Notes: generated by a model from the letters alone, not told the origin. 64,000 bases of DNA from an uncultured Bacilli bacterium (GCA_934089275.1 CAKOJJ010000001.1:49918-113917), one strand, 5' to 3'; positions 1 to 9,166 are shown, counted from the first letter of the stretch. Numbers and translations: made by a program.

Positions 1-57
1 AAAAGAGAAGCAATTCTTGATAAACTAGTTGAAGAAATTAAAAAAAATTCAAATTAA
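1..57 (+). CDS. 3' end of upstream gene (partial, ...KREAILDKLVEEIKKNSN*)
   Basis: Open frame running from the window edge to a TAA at 55-57. No identifiable motif. Confidence 0.3.
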   Translation, partial: KREAILDKLVEEIKKNSN

Positions 58-78
58 TGATTTTAAGGAAGTGACTTT

Positions 79-870
79 ATGATAACTTATAATAATTTAA
101 AAATTGAAACAACAAGAAGATGTACTTTTAAATGCGCTCATTGTGAAAAAGGACCAGCAAGTGGTAAAGACCTTCAATCAAAATTTTTACCAAAAATATT
201 TACAGAAGATACCATTATTCGTAATTTAGAACTTGACGGAGGAGATGTTTTATTAGCTTACGATGTGTTAGAGACAATAGTTGATTTTATAATTCAATCT
301 AAATGTATCGTTCTTGGAGTTAACATATCTACTAACGGAACATATTTTGGACCAAGATCAGAAAGAGTGTTATCCAAATTAAAATCATACGTTACTAAGT
401 GTCAATCATATATCGGCAAGTATTCCCAAGAGGTTAGCCTAATATTATCTGCTGATGAATATCACAAAGCCGAATTAGAAAGTGTAAAAGAAGAAGATCC
501 ATGGCTTTACAAAATTTATCTAGAAAGTATTCAAGAATTAATCAATTCATCATATTTTTCAGGTAAAACTGAAACAGTTAAAGTTATTAATAAAGGAAGA
601 GCAGAGAATTTATCTGTCGAGAAATATTATCCGCCAACAATCGAAACTTATTATCTTCAAAACGGAGAAGAAATTCTTATATCAAATGCATCAGTTTTAG
701 TTGATGGAACCATAGAGAATACGAACGCTTCTTTATTCGACGATACTCTAAGTTCAATAATTTTAAGAAATAGTTTTGCTTGTACAACTACAGAAGATTT
801 TCAAAACGGATGTGAGAAAAACGAATACAATTCTAAAAATCTAGTTCTTATAAACGAAAAAAATAATTAA
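79..870 (+). CDS. radical SAM domain protein, function unknown
   Basis: N-terminal CTFKCAHC (CxxxCxxC) radical-SAM cluster motif, followed by an LELDGGDVLL (GGD/E SAM-binding) motif and ISTNGT. Preceded by the RBS AAGGAAGTG. No SPASM Cys cluster was seen. Confidence 0.6.
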   Translation: MITYNNLKIETTRRCTFKCAHCEKGPASGKDLQSKFLPKIFTEDTIIRNLELDGGDVLLAYDVLETIVDFIIQSKCIVLGVNISTNGTYFGPRSERVLSKLKSYVTKCQSYIGKYSQEVSLILSADEYHKAELESVKEEDPWLYKIYLESIQELINSSYFSGKTETVKVINKGRAENLSVEKYYPPTIETYYLQNGEEILISNASVLVDGTIENTNASLFDDTLSSIILRNSFACTTTEDFQNGCEKNEYNSKNLVLINEKNN

Positions 871-975
871 ATGATTAAAAATTACATTTTGCTTGCATTT
901 TATATGTGAGCTTATTTTTTTGTAACCTTTTATTAATTTAAACAGTTATTATATTGAAAGAGAGGAAATAATGGG

Positions 976-1440
976 ATGAATGATGAGTTTATAAAAATTT
1001 TTAATCTCTATAAAAATGACATTTATCGGCTTGCTTATAGTTATACTAAAAATAGTAATGATACAGATGACATAACCCAAAACGTATTTATTAAATTATA
1101 TAAACATAAAGAAATTTTAAAACTTGATGAAGAAAGCATTAAAAAATGGCTATTCAAAGTTACCATTAATGAATGTAAAAGTTTATTTTTATCTCATTGG
1201 AGAATAAAAGTTGCTTTGTTTGATGATAAAGATATAACAACAACTGATACCAATAATGATCTATTGGAAATTATAGCAAATTTAAATAAAAAAGAAAGAA
1301 TTATAGTTTTTCTACATTATTATGAAGGATATAAAATAAAAGAAATAGCTGAAATGATGAAACTATCTGAAGCGAATGTTAAAGTATTGTTGTCTAGAAC
1401 AAGAGGAAAATTAAAAAATATGATAGAAGGTGATAATTAA
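976..1440 (+). CDS. ECF-type sigma-70 family RNA polymerase sigma factor
   Basis: Region 2-like DITQNVFIKLYK and region 4-like IKEIAEMMKLSEANVKVLLSRTRGKLK. Size 154 aa is typical of ECF sigma factors. Its stop overlaps the next start (TAATGA). Confidence 0.7.
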   Translation: MNDEFIKIFNLYKNDIYRLAYSYTKNSNDTDDITQNVFIKLYKHKEILKLDEESIKKWLFKVTINECKSLFLSHWRIKVALFDDKDITTTDTNNDLLEIIANLNKKERIIVFLHYYEGYKIKEIAEMMKLSEANVKVLLSRTRGKLKNMIEGDN

Positions 1441-2075
1441 TGAATAAAAATATAAAAGAATCTTTTTTAAATATAAAAATGAGTGATGAATTAGAAAACA
1501 AAATTCTCAATAAAACTATTTATAGAAAAAATAGAAATTATTTAAAACCTATGCTTGTAAGTTTTCTTATTTTAATATCATTTTCATTTATAATATTCAA
1601 TAATCGAAAAATCACTTATTATTATACAATTAATCATAAATCTAATTATTCTTATACATCAAACAGTAGTGATTGGACATGGCCAACAGATCAACCATTC
1701 GTTATAATTGCAGGTTTTAAAAAAAGATGGGGTGTTGAACATAAGGGAGTAGATATCGGAGGATTAGAATTTGCATCAGCTGTGTATGCTTCTGCAGACG
1801 GAAAAATTATAGAACCTGAAAATCTATCTTCTTTAGAAGAAAAATATGGTAAAGTTATTGTTATTGAGCATTCAAATGGTTATTATACACTTTATGGTGG
1901 TTTAAACGATATCTTCGTGAAAAACAATGATGTTGTTAAATCAGGGACAAAAATCGGAACTATTGGAAAAAATAAAGAAATAGACTTTACGAGCTTACAT
2001 TTTTCCATATATAATGATCGTTCTTTATCTGAAGAAGCAGCAATTGATCCATTAAAAATATTTTCAATTAAATAG
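1440..2075 (+). CDS. membrane protein with degenerate M23/LytM peptidase-like domain; putative cognate anti-sigma factor
   Basis: Translationally coupled to the sigma gene. Short cytoplasmic N-terminus, one TM helix (LVSFLILISFSFIIF) and an extracytoplasmic M23 fold (HKGVDIGG HxxxD motif present). The second motif reads LHFS instead of HxH, so the second zinc-ligand His is absent. Confidence 0.5.
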   Translation: MNKNIKESFLNIKMSDELENKILNKTIYRKNRNYLKPMLVSFLILISFSFIIFNNRKITYYYTINHKSNYSYTSNSSDWTWPTDQPFVIIAGFKKRWGVEHKGVDIGGLEFASAVYASADGKIIEPENLSSLEEKYGKVIVIEHSNGYYTLYGGLNDIFVKNNDVVKSGTKIGTIGKNKEIDFTSLHFSIYNDRSLSEEAAIDPLKIFSIK

Positions 2076-2078
2076 AAA

Positions 2079-2106
2079 AGCGGGCTAAAACAGTCCGCTT
2101 ATTTTT
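2079..2106. terminator. bidirectional rho-independent terminator between convergent genes
   Basis: aagcgg..(loop)..ccgctt hairpin flanked by an A-run upstream and attttt downstream. Confidence 0.6.
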
Positions 2107-3710
2107 AAATTATCATCAATTTTCATATCAAGTGCATTTGGATGTTTAGGAAGGCCAGGCATATCAATGACACTTCCTAAAAAGCAAACAATAAAACCAG
2201 CACCACTTTTTAATTCTAATTTTTGTACTGTAACATCATAATCAGTTGGGTTTCCAAGTTTTTTAGGATCATCACTAAAAGAGTATTGAGTTTTAGCTAT
2301 GCATATTGGTAAGTTACTAAATCCCAAATTTTCTATATTTTTTAATTGAGTAAGTGCATTATCTGTATAAATTATATTTTTAGCGTGATAAATATCCTTA
2401 CAAATAATTTCAATTTTATTTTGAATAGAATCATTTAAATCATATAAAAATTTAAAAGAAGAAGGATTTTTAGCTAATTCAACTATTTTTTTAGCTACGG
2501 TTATCGCACCAATGCCACCTTCTTTATAAGCATCGCTTATTTCAAAAGAAACATCTTTTTGTAATACAAATTCTTTTACAATATTAATCTCTTCTAATGT
2601 ATCTGTATCAAATCGATTCAATACAACAAGAATATTATTTGTAAATTTTTTTAAATTATCTATATGAGCTTCAAGATTGGATAAACCAATATTTAAAAAT
2701 TTATGATCTTGAGTAAGAATATCTTTTTCTTCACAATATCCATTATGTTTTAAAGATCTTATTGTACAATTCAATATAACTAAGTCAGGTTTTAATCCTA
2801 AACGACATTTTATATCAAAAAACTTTTCAGCTCCTAAATCTGATCCAAAACCAGCTTCAGTAATTACGTAGTCACTTAATGAAAGAGCAGTTCGGGTAGC
2901 AATATAAGAATTACAACCATGAGCAATATTTGCAAAAGGACCTCCATGAATAATTACAGGATTGTTTTCAAGAGATTGAACAAGATTAGGTTTCATTGCA
3001 TCTTTTAAAAGAATCATCATACTATCAGTTGCTTTTAAATCTCTAGCATAAATAGGAGAGTTGTCATATGTGTAACCGATTAAAATAGAATCTAATCTTT
3101 TTCTTAAATCATTCATATCTTTGGTTAAGCATAATATTGCCATAATTTCACTTGCAGCCGTAATGCAAAAATGTTCTTGACGATTATCTAGCATTATTTT
3201 TCTTAAAGCACGATCATTCATATCAAGAGTTCTATGAAAGCAAATAGAGTTAGGGTTAATTTCGAGTTCATTACCATGATATATATGATTATCGATAATT
3301 GCACATAATAAATTGTTACAAGATGTTATTGCATGCATATCACCTGTAAAATGTAGGTTTATATCTTCCATAGGAACAACTTGAGATTTTCCTCCTCCAG
3401 TAGCACCACCTTTCATTCCGAATGTCGGACCTAAAGACGGTTCTCTTAAAACAGCAATACTATTTTTACCAATTTTTCTTAGGGCATCATTTATTCCAAT
3501 TGACAAAGTAGTTTTTCCTTCACCATATGGAGTGGGGTGTATAGATGTTACTAAAATCAGTTTACCATTTTTAGTTTTATTTATTTTATCGTAGTTTATT
3601 TTTGCTTTATAGTTTCCATAATTTTCAATTAAACTATCAATACCAATTTCATTTGCGACGTCTTTAATTAGTTTCATTTTACATGAGGAAGCTATTTCTA
3701 TATCTGTCAT
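2085..3710 (-). CDS. fhs: formate--tetrahydrofolate ligase
   Basis: PTPYGEGKTT P-loop and strong overall resemblance to Fhs over 541 aa. Confidence 0.9.
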   Translation of the reverse strand: MTDIEIASSCKMKLIKDVANEIGIDSLIENYGNYKAKINYDKINKTKNGKLILVTSIHPTPYGEGKTTLSIGINDALRKIGKNSIAVLREPSLGPTFGMKGGATGGGKSQVVPMEDINLHFTGDMHAITSCNNLLCAIIDNHIYHGNELEINPNSICFHRTLDMNDRALRKIMLDNRQEHFCITAASEIMAILCLTKDMNDLRKRLDSILIGYTYDNSPIYARDLKATDSMMILLKDAMKPNLVQSLENNPVIIHGGPFANIAHGCNSYIATRTALSLSDYVITEAGFGSDLGAEKFFDIKCRLGLKPDLVILNCTIRSLKHNGYCEEKDILTQDHKFLNIGLSNLEAHIDNLKKFTNNILVVLNRFDTDTLEEINIVKEFVLQKDVSFEISDAYKEGGIGAITVAKKIVELAKNPSSFKFLYDLNDSIQNKIEIICKDIYHAKNIIYTDNALTQLKNIENLGFSNLPICIAKTQYSFSDDPKKLGNPTDYDVTVQKLELKSGAGFIVCFLGSVIDMPGLPKHPNALDMKIDDNLKISGLF

Positions 3711-3944
3711 ATAATTTCACCTCTGAAGATGATTATAGCATAAAAAGAGATAATTATTATATAATCGACATAAATAGACAATAATTGCTAATTTAATAAA
3801 ATATGGTAAAATAAAGATTAAGGAGAATCAATGTGAAAGAAAGCGTTACTCTTTATTTAAAAATGATTTATTTGAAGGTAAATTTTTACTGAACGATAAG
3901 CGTAAAGTAGTTAGTTATGAAATAAGAAATATGTAGGTGATTAA

Positions 3945-4241
3945 ATGAAAATAACAGATTTACAAAATTTTATTAAGGAAAGAGATTATAAACCAGAATT
4001 AAAAGAAAAATATTTTATGAAACTAGTAGAGGAAGTTGGGGAATTAGCTGAGGTTATTAGAAAGGATAAAAGAATGATTCATAATGAAATCAAAGATTCA
4101 ATAGAGGAAGAACTTTATGATGTCTTTTACTATGTTTGTGCTTTGGCAAATTGTTATGATATCGATTTAGAAGAATGTCATAAATTAAAGTCAGAATTGA
4201 ATCAAAGAAAGTGGTATGCAAATGAAAACAATAATGGTTGA
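3945..4241 (+). CDS. MazG-like nucleotide pyrophosphohydrolase domain protein
   Basis: EEVGELAE...EELYDVFYY pattern of the MazG/HisE all-alpha NTP-PPase family; 98 aa. Confidence 0.6.
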   Translation: MKITDLQNFIKERDYKPELKEKYFMKLVEEVGELAEVIRKDKRMIHNEIKDSIEEELYDVFYYVCALANCYDIDLEECHKLKSELNQRKWYANENNNG

Positions 4242-4782
4242 TATGGACGACGTTTTAACAAACGGCAATTTTTCTAAAATACTAGAAAACTATCTTGGAT
4301 ATAAACCGGATTATAATAATATAAAAAATTATTATATACAAGATATTTTAGGGGATAAAAAAGATGACTTTTTTAATAAGTTTAAGGATATGAATTTGTA
4401 TGAAAATGCAACTTTATTTCCAGACTGCTATGATGTATTAAAACATCTTAGTGAAAAGTACAAGATTTATATATGCACAGATTATATATGGCGAGAAATC
4501 ATAGAATATGCTGGAAATAATTTAAAAAACAAGTATAACTTTTTATACAAAGCATTAGATTTCATACCACCCCAAAACTATATTTTTACTGCAGATAAAT
4601 CTATTATTAACTGCGATATTAAAATAGACGATAAAATAAAACATATAGAAGACGCCAAAATAAAATTATTATTTACAGCTTGGCACAATAAAGAATTAAC
4701 TGACGATGAATTAAAAAAGAAAAATATTATTAGAGTTAATAATTGGAAAGAAATAGAAGAAATACTACTAAAAGATTTATAA
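4216..4782 (+). CDS. HAD-superfamily 5'(3')-deoxyribonucleotidase-like protein
   Basis: N-terminal MVDMDDVL (DxDxV/T HAD motif I); 188 aa. Overlaps the upstream gene by 26 nt. Confidence 0.6.
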   Translation: MQMKTIMVDMDDVLTNGNFSKILENYLGYKPDYNNIKNYYIQDILGDKKDDFFNKFKDMNLYENATLFPDCYDVLKHLSEKYKIYICTDYIWREIIEYAGNNLKNKYNFLYKALDFIPPQNYIFTADKSIINCDIKIDDKIKHIEDAKIKLLFTAWHNKELTDDELKKKNIIRVNNWKEIEEILLKDL

Positions 4783-4815
4783 ATCAGTAATCCATAAAAG
4801 GTAAGGAGGCGCGTT

Positions 4816-5454
4816 ATGAAAGAAAGATATATGGTTGAATTTTATAACCATACAAAAAAAGACTTTGAAGAAGTTTCAAAAATAGAAAATGATTACTTTG
4901 AACCAGAGACAATAGCAAGCGTAGATCAAGTAATGTTATGGGATAATAAAAATAACGATATTCATATTTTTGTAAGAGATGTAATTTCAAACTGCATTGT
5001 TGGAGAGATAACGTTATTACCATTAAATGATGAACAGTTTATAAAATTCATTAAAAATGAGTTGTCTGACACTGAATTAAATCATAAGACTTTAGAATCC
5101 TATAAAGATAACACATGTTACAATCTCTTGTTATCTGCAATCGCGATTGATAAAAAGTATAGAGAAGAAAAAGCGGTTTTAAGTTATTTATTAAAAGGAT
5201 TGAATCAAAAAATAAATAGCCTATTAAGTAAAGAAATAAAATTTAAAAACATGTGTGCTGAAGGTCAAACAAAAGAGGGTCAAAAATTCCTTGAAAGTTT
5301 TTTGGATCTAAAAGAGAAAGGTTTAACTAAAGAAGGATACAAATTATATTCTTTTGATAATACAGATGAATTTTTAAAATGGTTTAAAAGATTCCCAAAA
5401 TATATAGAAGAATATGATAAAAAGTTTCAACTTGATAAAAAACATCTACAATAA
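4816..5454 (+). CDS. hypothetical protein (possible GNAT-like fold)
   Basis: 212-aa ORF with the RBS AAGGAGG. No firm motif. Confidence 0.4.
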   Translation: MKERYMVEFYNHTKKDFEEVSKIENDYFEPETIASVDQVMLWDNKNNDIHIFVRDVISNCIVGEITLLPLNDEQFIKFIKNELSDTELNHKTLESYKDNTCYNLLLSAIAIDKKYREEKAVLSYLLKGLNQKINSLLSKEIKFKNMCAEGQTKEGQKFLESFLDLKEKGLTKEGYKLYSFDNTDEFLKWFKRFPKYIEEYDKKFQLDKKHLQ

Positions 5455-5513
5455 AAACGTTGAACTAAATTATAAAAAAAGATCACTACAGAAGTGATTA
5501 ACTAAAACACAAA

Positions 5514-5753
5514 TTATTTAATATCATCAAATAGTTGTCTGATATCTATTTCTAGAGCATCAGCAAATTTTCCTATTGTTTCAAGTAAAGGAGTTTTATC
5601 AATTGACAAGCACTCTAAATCTCTTACATATCCATGAGTTAAACCTGTTAAATCAGCAAGTTCTTGAAGCGTATACTTTCTCATTAGACGATATTTTTTT
5701 ATATTTTTTCTAACAATTAAAGATAATTGTTCTTTGGAATATCTACTAGTCAA
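5514..5753 (-). CDS. XRE-family helix-turn-helix transcriptional regulator
   Basis: YTLQELADLTGLTHGYVRDLE is a typical Cro/C1 HTH; 79 aa. Confidence 0.7.
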   Translation of the reverse strand: MTSRYSKEQLSLIVRKNIKKYRLMRKYTLQELADLTGLTHGYVRDLECLSIDKTPLLETIGKFADALEIDIRQLFDDIK

Positions 5754-5883
5754 AGTACATCGCTTCCTTTCTAGTAAAATTATTTCATAAAATTTTTAAA
5801 AAATATGTCGCCTGTGTGAAGTTTTTATGCTATAATGAGTTTGAAAGGAAAAAAACTCGATTAAGTTTTAGTAGGAGGTTAAT

Positions 5884-6435
5884 ATGAAAAAGATTATACT
5901 TAGTTTTTTATTTACAATAGTTGCATTATTTGGAATGACAGGATGTGAAAGTGATAGTGTTCAAAGTGGCACTAACGGAAATGGTTATAATAATTCTAGC
6001 AATGATAATAAAGAATCGGACGTTAAAATAACTGAACCAGCAAACTCATCCAAAACTCATAAACTTGGTGAAGCTTTTACTTTTGATGATTTAGAGCTTA
6101 CATTTGATACAACATATACTTTTGTAACATTAAAAAACAGATATTCTGAACATAATGGAAAGTCAGTAATTAAACTTGGTGTAACAGTAAAAAATCTTGC
6201 ATCAGAAAAAAATCATTTGAACATGTATTACTATGATTTATTTGGTTCACAAGGAACTGAATTAGATGGTGTTGCAGCTTATTTTGATAACACAATTGAT
6301 TATGCTGGAGATTTAAAATCTGGAGCATCATATAAAGCATATTTTTACATATTATATGATGGTGATGGAAAATATAGCATTGATTTTGACAATTATTCAG
6401 AAGAAACTTCAGTGGAATTCGATATCAAAAAATAA
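5884..6435 (+). CDS. lipoprotein
   Basis: Signal peptide with an LFGMTGC lipobox, strong RBS GGAGG, and an upstream extended -10 TGCTATAAT. Confidence 0.7.
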   Translation: MKKIILSFLFTIVALFGMTGCESDSVQSGTNGNGYNNSSNDNKESDVKITEPANSSKTHKLGEAFTFDDLELTFDTTYTFVTLKNRYSEHNGKSVIKLGVTVKNLASEKNHLNMYYYDLFGSQGTELDGVAAYFDNTIDYAGDLKSGASYKAYFYILYDGDGKYSIDFDNYSEETSVEFDIKK

Positions 6436-6437
6436 AA

Positions 6438-6470
6438 AGATAGTTATCCTTTCAAACTATCTTTTTTTTA
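6438..6470 (+). terminator. rho-independent terminator
   Basis: 8-bp stem agatagtt/aactatct followed by a T8 run. Confidence 0.8.
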
Positions 6471-6655
6471 TTTAATAAATCAAACTTACAAAATATACAA
6501 AAATGTTTTAAATGCACAATCTTTATATTGGATTTTATATATGTTATAATTTTGATGTCTAGTAGTGGGCTAATATTACGAAACGACTTTAGTATAGAAA
6601 TTTTAAACAAAAATAACAAATGAAAAAATAATTTAAGTAGGGCAAGAGGTGTTTT

Positions 6656-7675
6656 ATGTATTCAATAGAAGAATTGGCAAATTATATATCATTTGAAAAT
6701 ATTCCATCTTCATGGACTAATTGTTATGAAGATATAAAAAAAGAATATAATCGTAATTGGTTAGATAAGTATGATTTTAGCTTGATACTTTCTTATTATG
6801 AATTTGATGATAATTTTACAAAAAGATTTTATGATGAGTTAAAAATTATAAAACAAGATGATAAGTTAAATATAATTTGTTTTATAATGTATTACATTTT
6901 ATTTTTAGCCGATATTAAAAACTATTACAACATATGGTCATGGAGATCAACTAATAAGGTTTTAAAAAACAATGGTAGTTATATGATTCCTGTTGTATCT
7001 TTGTTATGTGGGTATGAATTTCATCTTAAAGCTATTAAAATCCGAAACTTTGACCAAGAACAAATAGGATTACAGAAATATAATATTAGGTTAACTTGTA
7101 CAAATGATAGAATTAATTATGGACTTGATGGAATAAGATTCAGTCAAATGATTTGGGGATCATTCTTCATGAAAGGATTCTTAATTCAAATCGGAAGATT
7201 ACAATATGAAATAGGGGTTAATAATTTTAACAAACTTGATAAATACTTTAAAGAAAAACACCAATACATTTATATACATATACCTAAAGGTAATGATTTA
7301 AGCGAAAAAGATGTTGATGAATCCATTTGTTCAGCTCAAAAGTACATAAAGAAATATTATCCAGAATTAAAAAATGAGAAACTAGCTTATTACACACAAT
7401 CATGGTTATTAAGCCCAGAAGTTAGAGAAGTATTACCAGCAAGTAGCAATATATTAAAATTTCAAAATAGATTTAATATTATAGAATACGAAGAAAATGA
7501 TTATGATTTCTTAAATTTTGTATTCAATAGTGGCATCGAAAAAGTTGATTATATTGATTTACCAGAAACAACAACTTTACAAAGAAAATTGAAAGCAAAA
7601 CTACTAAACGGAGACAAATTACATCTAGGATTAGGTGTTTTAAAAACTTCAGAGATTTCTTCTAAAAAAAATTAA
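6656..7675 (+). CDS. hypothetical protein
   Basis: 339-aa ORF; no recognisable motif. Confidence 0.5.
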   Translation: MYSIEELANYISFENIPSSWTNCYEDIKKEYNRNWLDKYDFSLILSYYEFDDNFTKRFYDELKIIKQDDKLNIICFIMYYILFLADIKNYYNIWSWRSTNKVLKNNGSYMIPVVSLLCGYEFHLKAIKIRNFDQEQIGLQKYNIRLTCTNDRINYGLDGIRFSQMIWGSFFMKGFLIQIGRLQYEIGVNNFNKLDKYFKEKHQYIYIHIPKGNDLSEKDVDESICSAQKYIKKYYPELKNEKLAYYTQSWLLSPEVREVLPASSNILKFQNRFNIIEYEENDYDFLNFVFNSGIEKVDYIDLPETTTLQRKLKAKLLNGDKLHLGLGVLKTSEISSKKN

Positions 7676-7722
7676 GATTGGATTTTCTTGCAAAACAAAA
7701 ACATATGTAGTAATATGTATTT

Positions 7723-7831
7723 AGAGATGCAATATTGCATACAATAAAAAAGGGAACATTCAGTTTTTGCTAGTTGAATGTCTACCTGAAAATTTTGGAG
7801 ACACTTATCTTTGCAGATGAGTGTCGTTTTT
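7723..7831 (+). ncRNA. candidate antisense sRNA (putative type I antitoxin), convergent with the small toxin-like ORF
   Basis: Sigma-A-like promoter TTGCAA-N17-TAATAT at 7688-7716. Plus-strand terminator hairpin gacacttatct/agatgagtgtc followed by T5 at 7799-7831. Overlaps the 3' end of the minus-strand small-ORF transcript. Confidence 0.35.
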
Positions 7832-7845
7832 ATTTATAGGTGATA

Positions 7846-7929
7846 CTACTTCAAAGTAATGAAGAGTAAGGCTATTAACAAAATGATTATAATGATCAAG
7901 CTTAAGATTAAGAAATCTTTCTTTCCCAT
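7846..7929 (-). CDS. 27-aa hydrophobic peptide MGKKDFLILSLIIIIILLIALLFITLK (type I toxin-like)
   Basis: Not in the ORF track because it is too short. RBS GAGAGGAGG sits upstream. Minus-strand promoter TTGCAA-N18-TATAAT at 8026-7997. Minus-strand terminator hairpin 7756-7781 with a U-run at 7745-7753. Single TM helix with a charged N-terminus. Confidence 0.45.
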   Translation of the reverse strand: MGKKDFLILSLIIIIILLIALLFITLK

Positions 7930-8068
7930 ATATATCAAAAACCTCCTCTCAATAAAGAATGGAGGTAGACACTCAACAACTGATGTTCCTAGTGAAATTA
8001 TAATAAATGTTCGATATTGCTTGCAAGAAAAAAACTAAGAAAATTGATTCTTAGTTTTAATTTCACAA

Positions 8069-8145
8069 TGGGGCGAAATGTGGGAATCGAACCCACGCAT
8101 ACCGGAGCCACAATCCGGCGTGTTAACCACTTCACCAATTTCGCC
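8069..8145 (-). tRNA. tRNA-His (anticodon GTG)
   Basis: Folds by hand into a cloverleaf. The acceptor GCGAAAT/ATTTCGC, anticodon stem CCGGA/TCCGG with loop TTGTGGC, T-arm GTGGG-TTCGATT-CCCAC, discriminator C73, and an encoded G-1 and CCA. Confidence 0.9.
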
Positions 8146-8236
8146 ATCGACATATCTAATTCTATCAAATAATTTTATGTATTGCAAGTCCTTTATTATA
8201 TTAATTTTAAATGATATAATTTTAAAGGTGGATCAT

Positions 8237-9166
8237 ATGGAAAACAAATACATTATTAAATCAAATAGTTTTACATTTTTAAACGATAAAATAAAAGAAC
8301 TTAGTAAAGACTATAAAGAGATTGAAAATTTTTCTTTAGTTGAAGATTCAATAGATGATGTAATAGAAAGCATGCAACATTTTGGACTTTTTTCTGAAAG
8401 TAAATGTATAATCGTAAAAAATGTGAAATACTTTGCTGGTAATTTTTCATATGAAGAAGAATGTAATAAACTAAAAGATGCATTATCTAATTTAGATAAT
8501 GAAACAATGGTAATTCTTATTAATGATGAAGTTTTAAAGTCCAAAAAGATTGTAAAAGATTTGATTTCTTTAGGAGTAAAATTTATTGATTTAACTGGTA
8601 ACAATGAAGATGATGTTGTAACTTATATAACTGATTATTTTAAAAAAGAGAATATAAATATAAATAGAGATGCTTTATTGGAAATATATAATAATAGTTC
8701 AAACAATATAGATATAACTATCAATGAAATTGAAAGACTTTCCAATTTGAGCAATAACATAACTCATGATTTAGTTGTTTCAAATACTCAAAAAAATGAA
8801 GAAGATGTAACATTCGCTTTTTCAAATGCGATAATAGCTAAAGATTTTAATTTAGGATTTAAATATTTAGATGTATTATTAAAAAACGGAAGTGAACCAA
8901 TTAATATAGTCGCACTTCTTGCTAGTAGTTTTACCAATATTTATATGGTAAAAAGTGCTTCTGCTGATGGTTTAAGTGATGAAGAAATTGCTAAACTATT
9001 TGGATATTCTAATCCAAAAAGAGTAGGTGTTTTAAAAAGAAACGGAAAAATTTATACTCTTGATCAACTAAAAGATATAATTGTTTCTTTATCCAATCTA
9101 GATTTAAAATTAAAAAGTGGTTATGACCAAATTTATGCATTAAAAGAGTTCTTACTTGATTTGTAA
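8237..9166 (+). CDS. holA: DNA polymerase III subunit delta
   Basis: HolA-like pattern (FGLFSESKCIIVKN...). Start moved to the ATG at 8237, which has the RBS AAAGGTGG; the 8078 start in the ORF track would overlap tRNA-His. Confidence 0.75.
   Translation: MENKYIIKSNSFTFLNDKIKELSKDYKEIENFSLVEDSIDDVIESMQHFGLFSESKCIIVKNVKYFAGNFSYEEECNKLKDALSNLDNETMVILINDEVLKSKKIVKDLISLGVKFIDLTGNNEDDVVTYITDYFKKENININRDALLEIYNNSSNNIDITINEIERLSNLSNNITHDLVVSNTQKNEEDVTFAFSNAIIAKDFNLGFKYLDVLLKNGSEPINIVALLASSFTNIYMVKSASADGLSDEEIAKLFGYSNPKRVGVLKRNGKIYTLDQLKDIIVSLSNLDLKLKSGYDQIYALKEFLLDL

Noticed and set aside
871-909. 12-aa ORF MIKNYILLAFYM immediately after the radical-SAM gene (possible RiPP precursor)
   Set aside because: No SD is present; the peptide is very short with no Cys/Ser/Thr core; and it overlaps the likely promoter of the sigma gene. 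Probably a chance ORF.
921-949. TGTAAC-N17 ECF-type promoter candidate upstream of the ECF sigma gene
   Set aside because: The -35-like TGTAAC is present, but the expected CGAC/CGTC -10 element is absent (agttat instead), so the call is too weak.
7728-7741. Perfect 14-bp palindrome atgcaatattgcat as an operator site
   Set aside because: It falls within the predicted 5' end of the candidate antisense sRNA. It is more simply explained as RNA secondary structure, and no cognate regulator is evident.
8078-8236. N-terminal 53 codons of the ORF-track entry 8078..9166 (MWESNPRIPEPQSGV...)
   Set aside because: This stretch is the reverse complement of tRNA-His, which by itself explains the amino-acid string. 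The real holA start is the ATG at 8237, which has the RBS AAAGGTGG.
8301-8604. Minus-strand ORFs 8301..8483 and 8311..8604, and similar 60-125-aa antisense ORFs elsewhere (12571..12798, 13543..13806, 16582..16779, 19980..20255, 20758..20970, 22103..22297, 23487..23687, 28374..28685, 28806..29009, 33207..33482, 33579..33956, 34669..34851, 35815..36018, 36761..36964, 39305..39523, 39438..39638, 40043..40243, 40823..41143, 41124..41324, 41928..42119, 45467..45733, 47127..47333, 48733..48927, 49911..50123, 50160..50411, 50436..50621, 53818..54078, 54825..55010, 55245..55436, 58486..58719, 61231..61464, 62576..62761, 63207..63410, 4814..5023)
   Set aside because: Each lies entirely inside a well-supported gene on the opposite strand. 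They lack an RBS, are low-complexity and hydrophobic/Ser-rich, and are expected by chance in AT-rich DNA.
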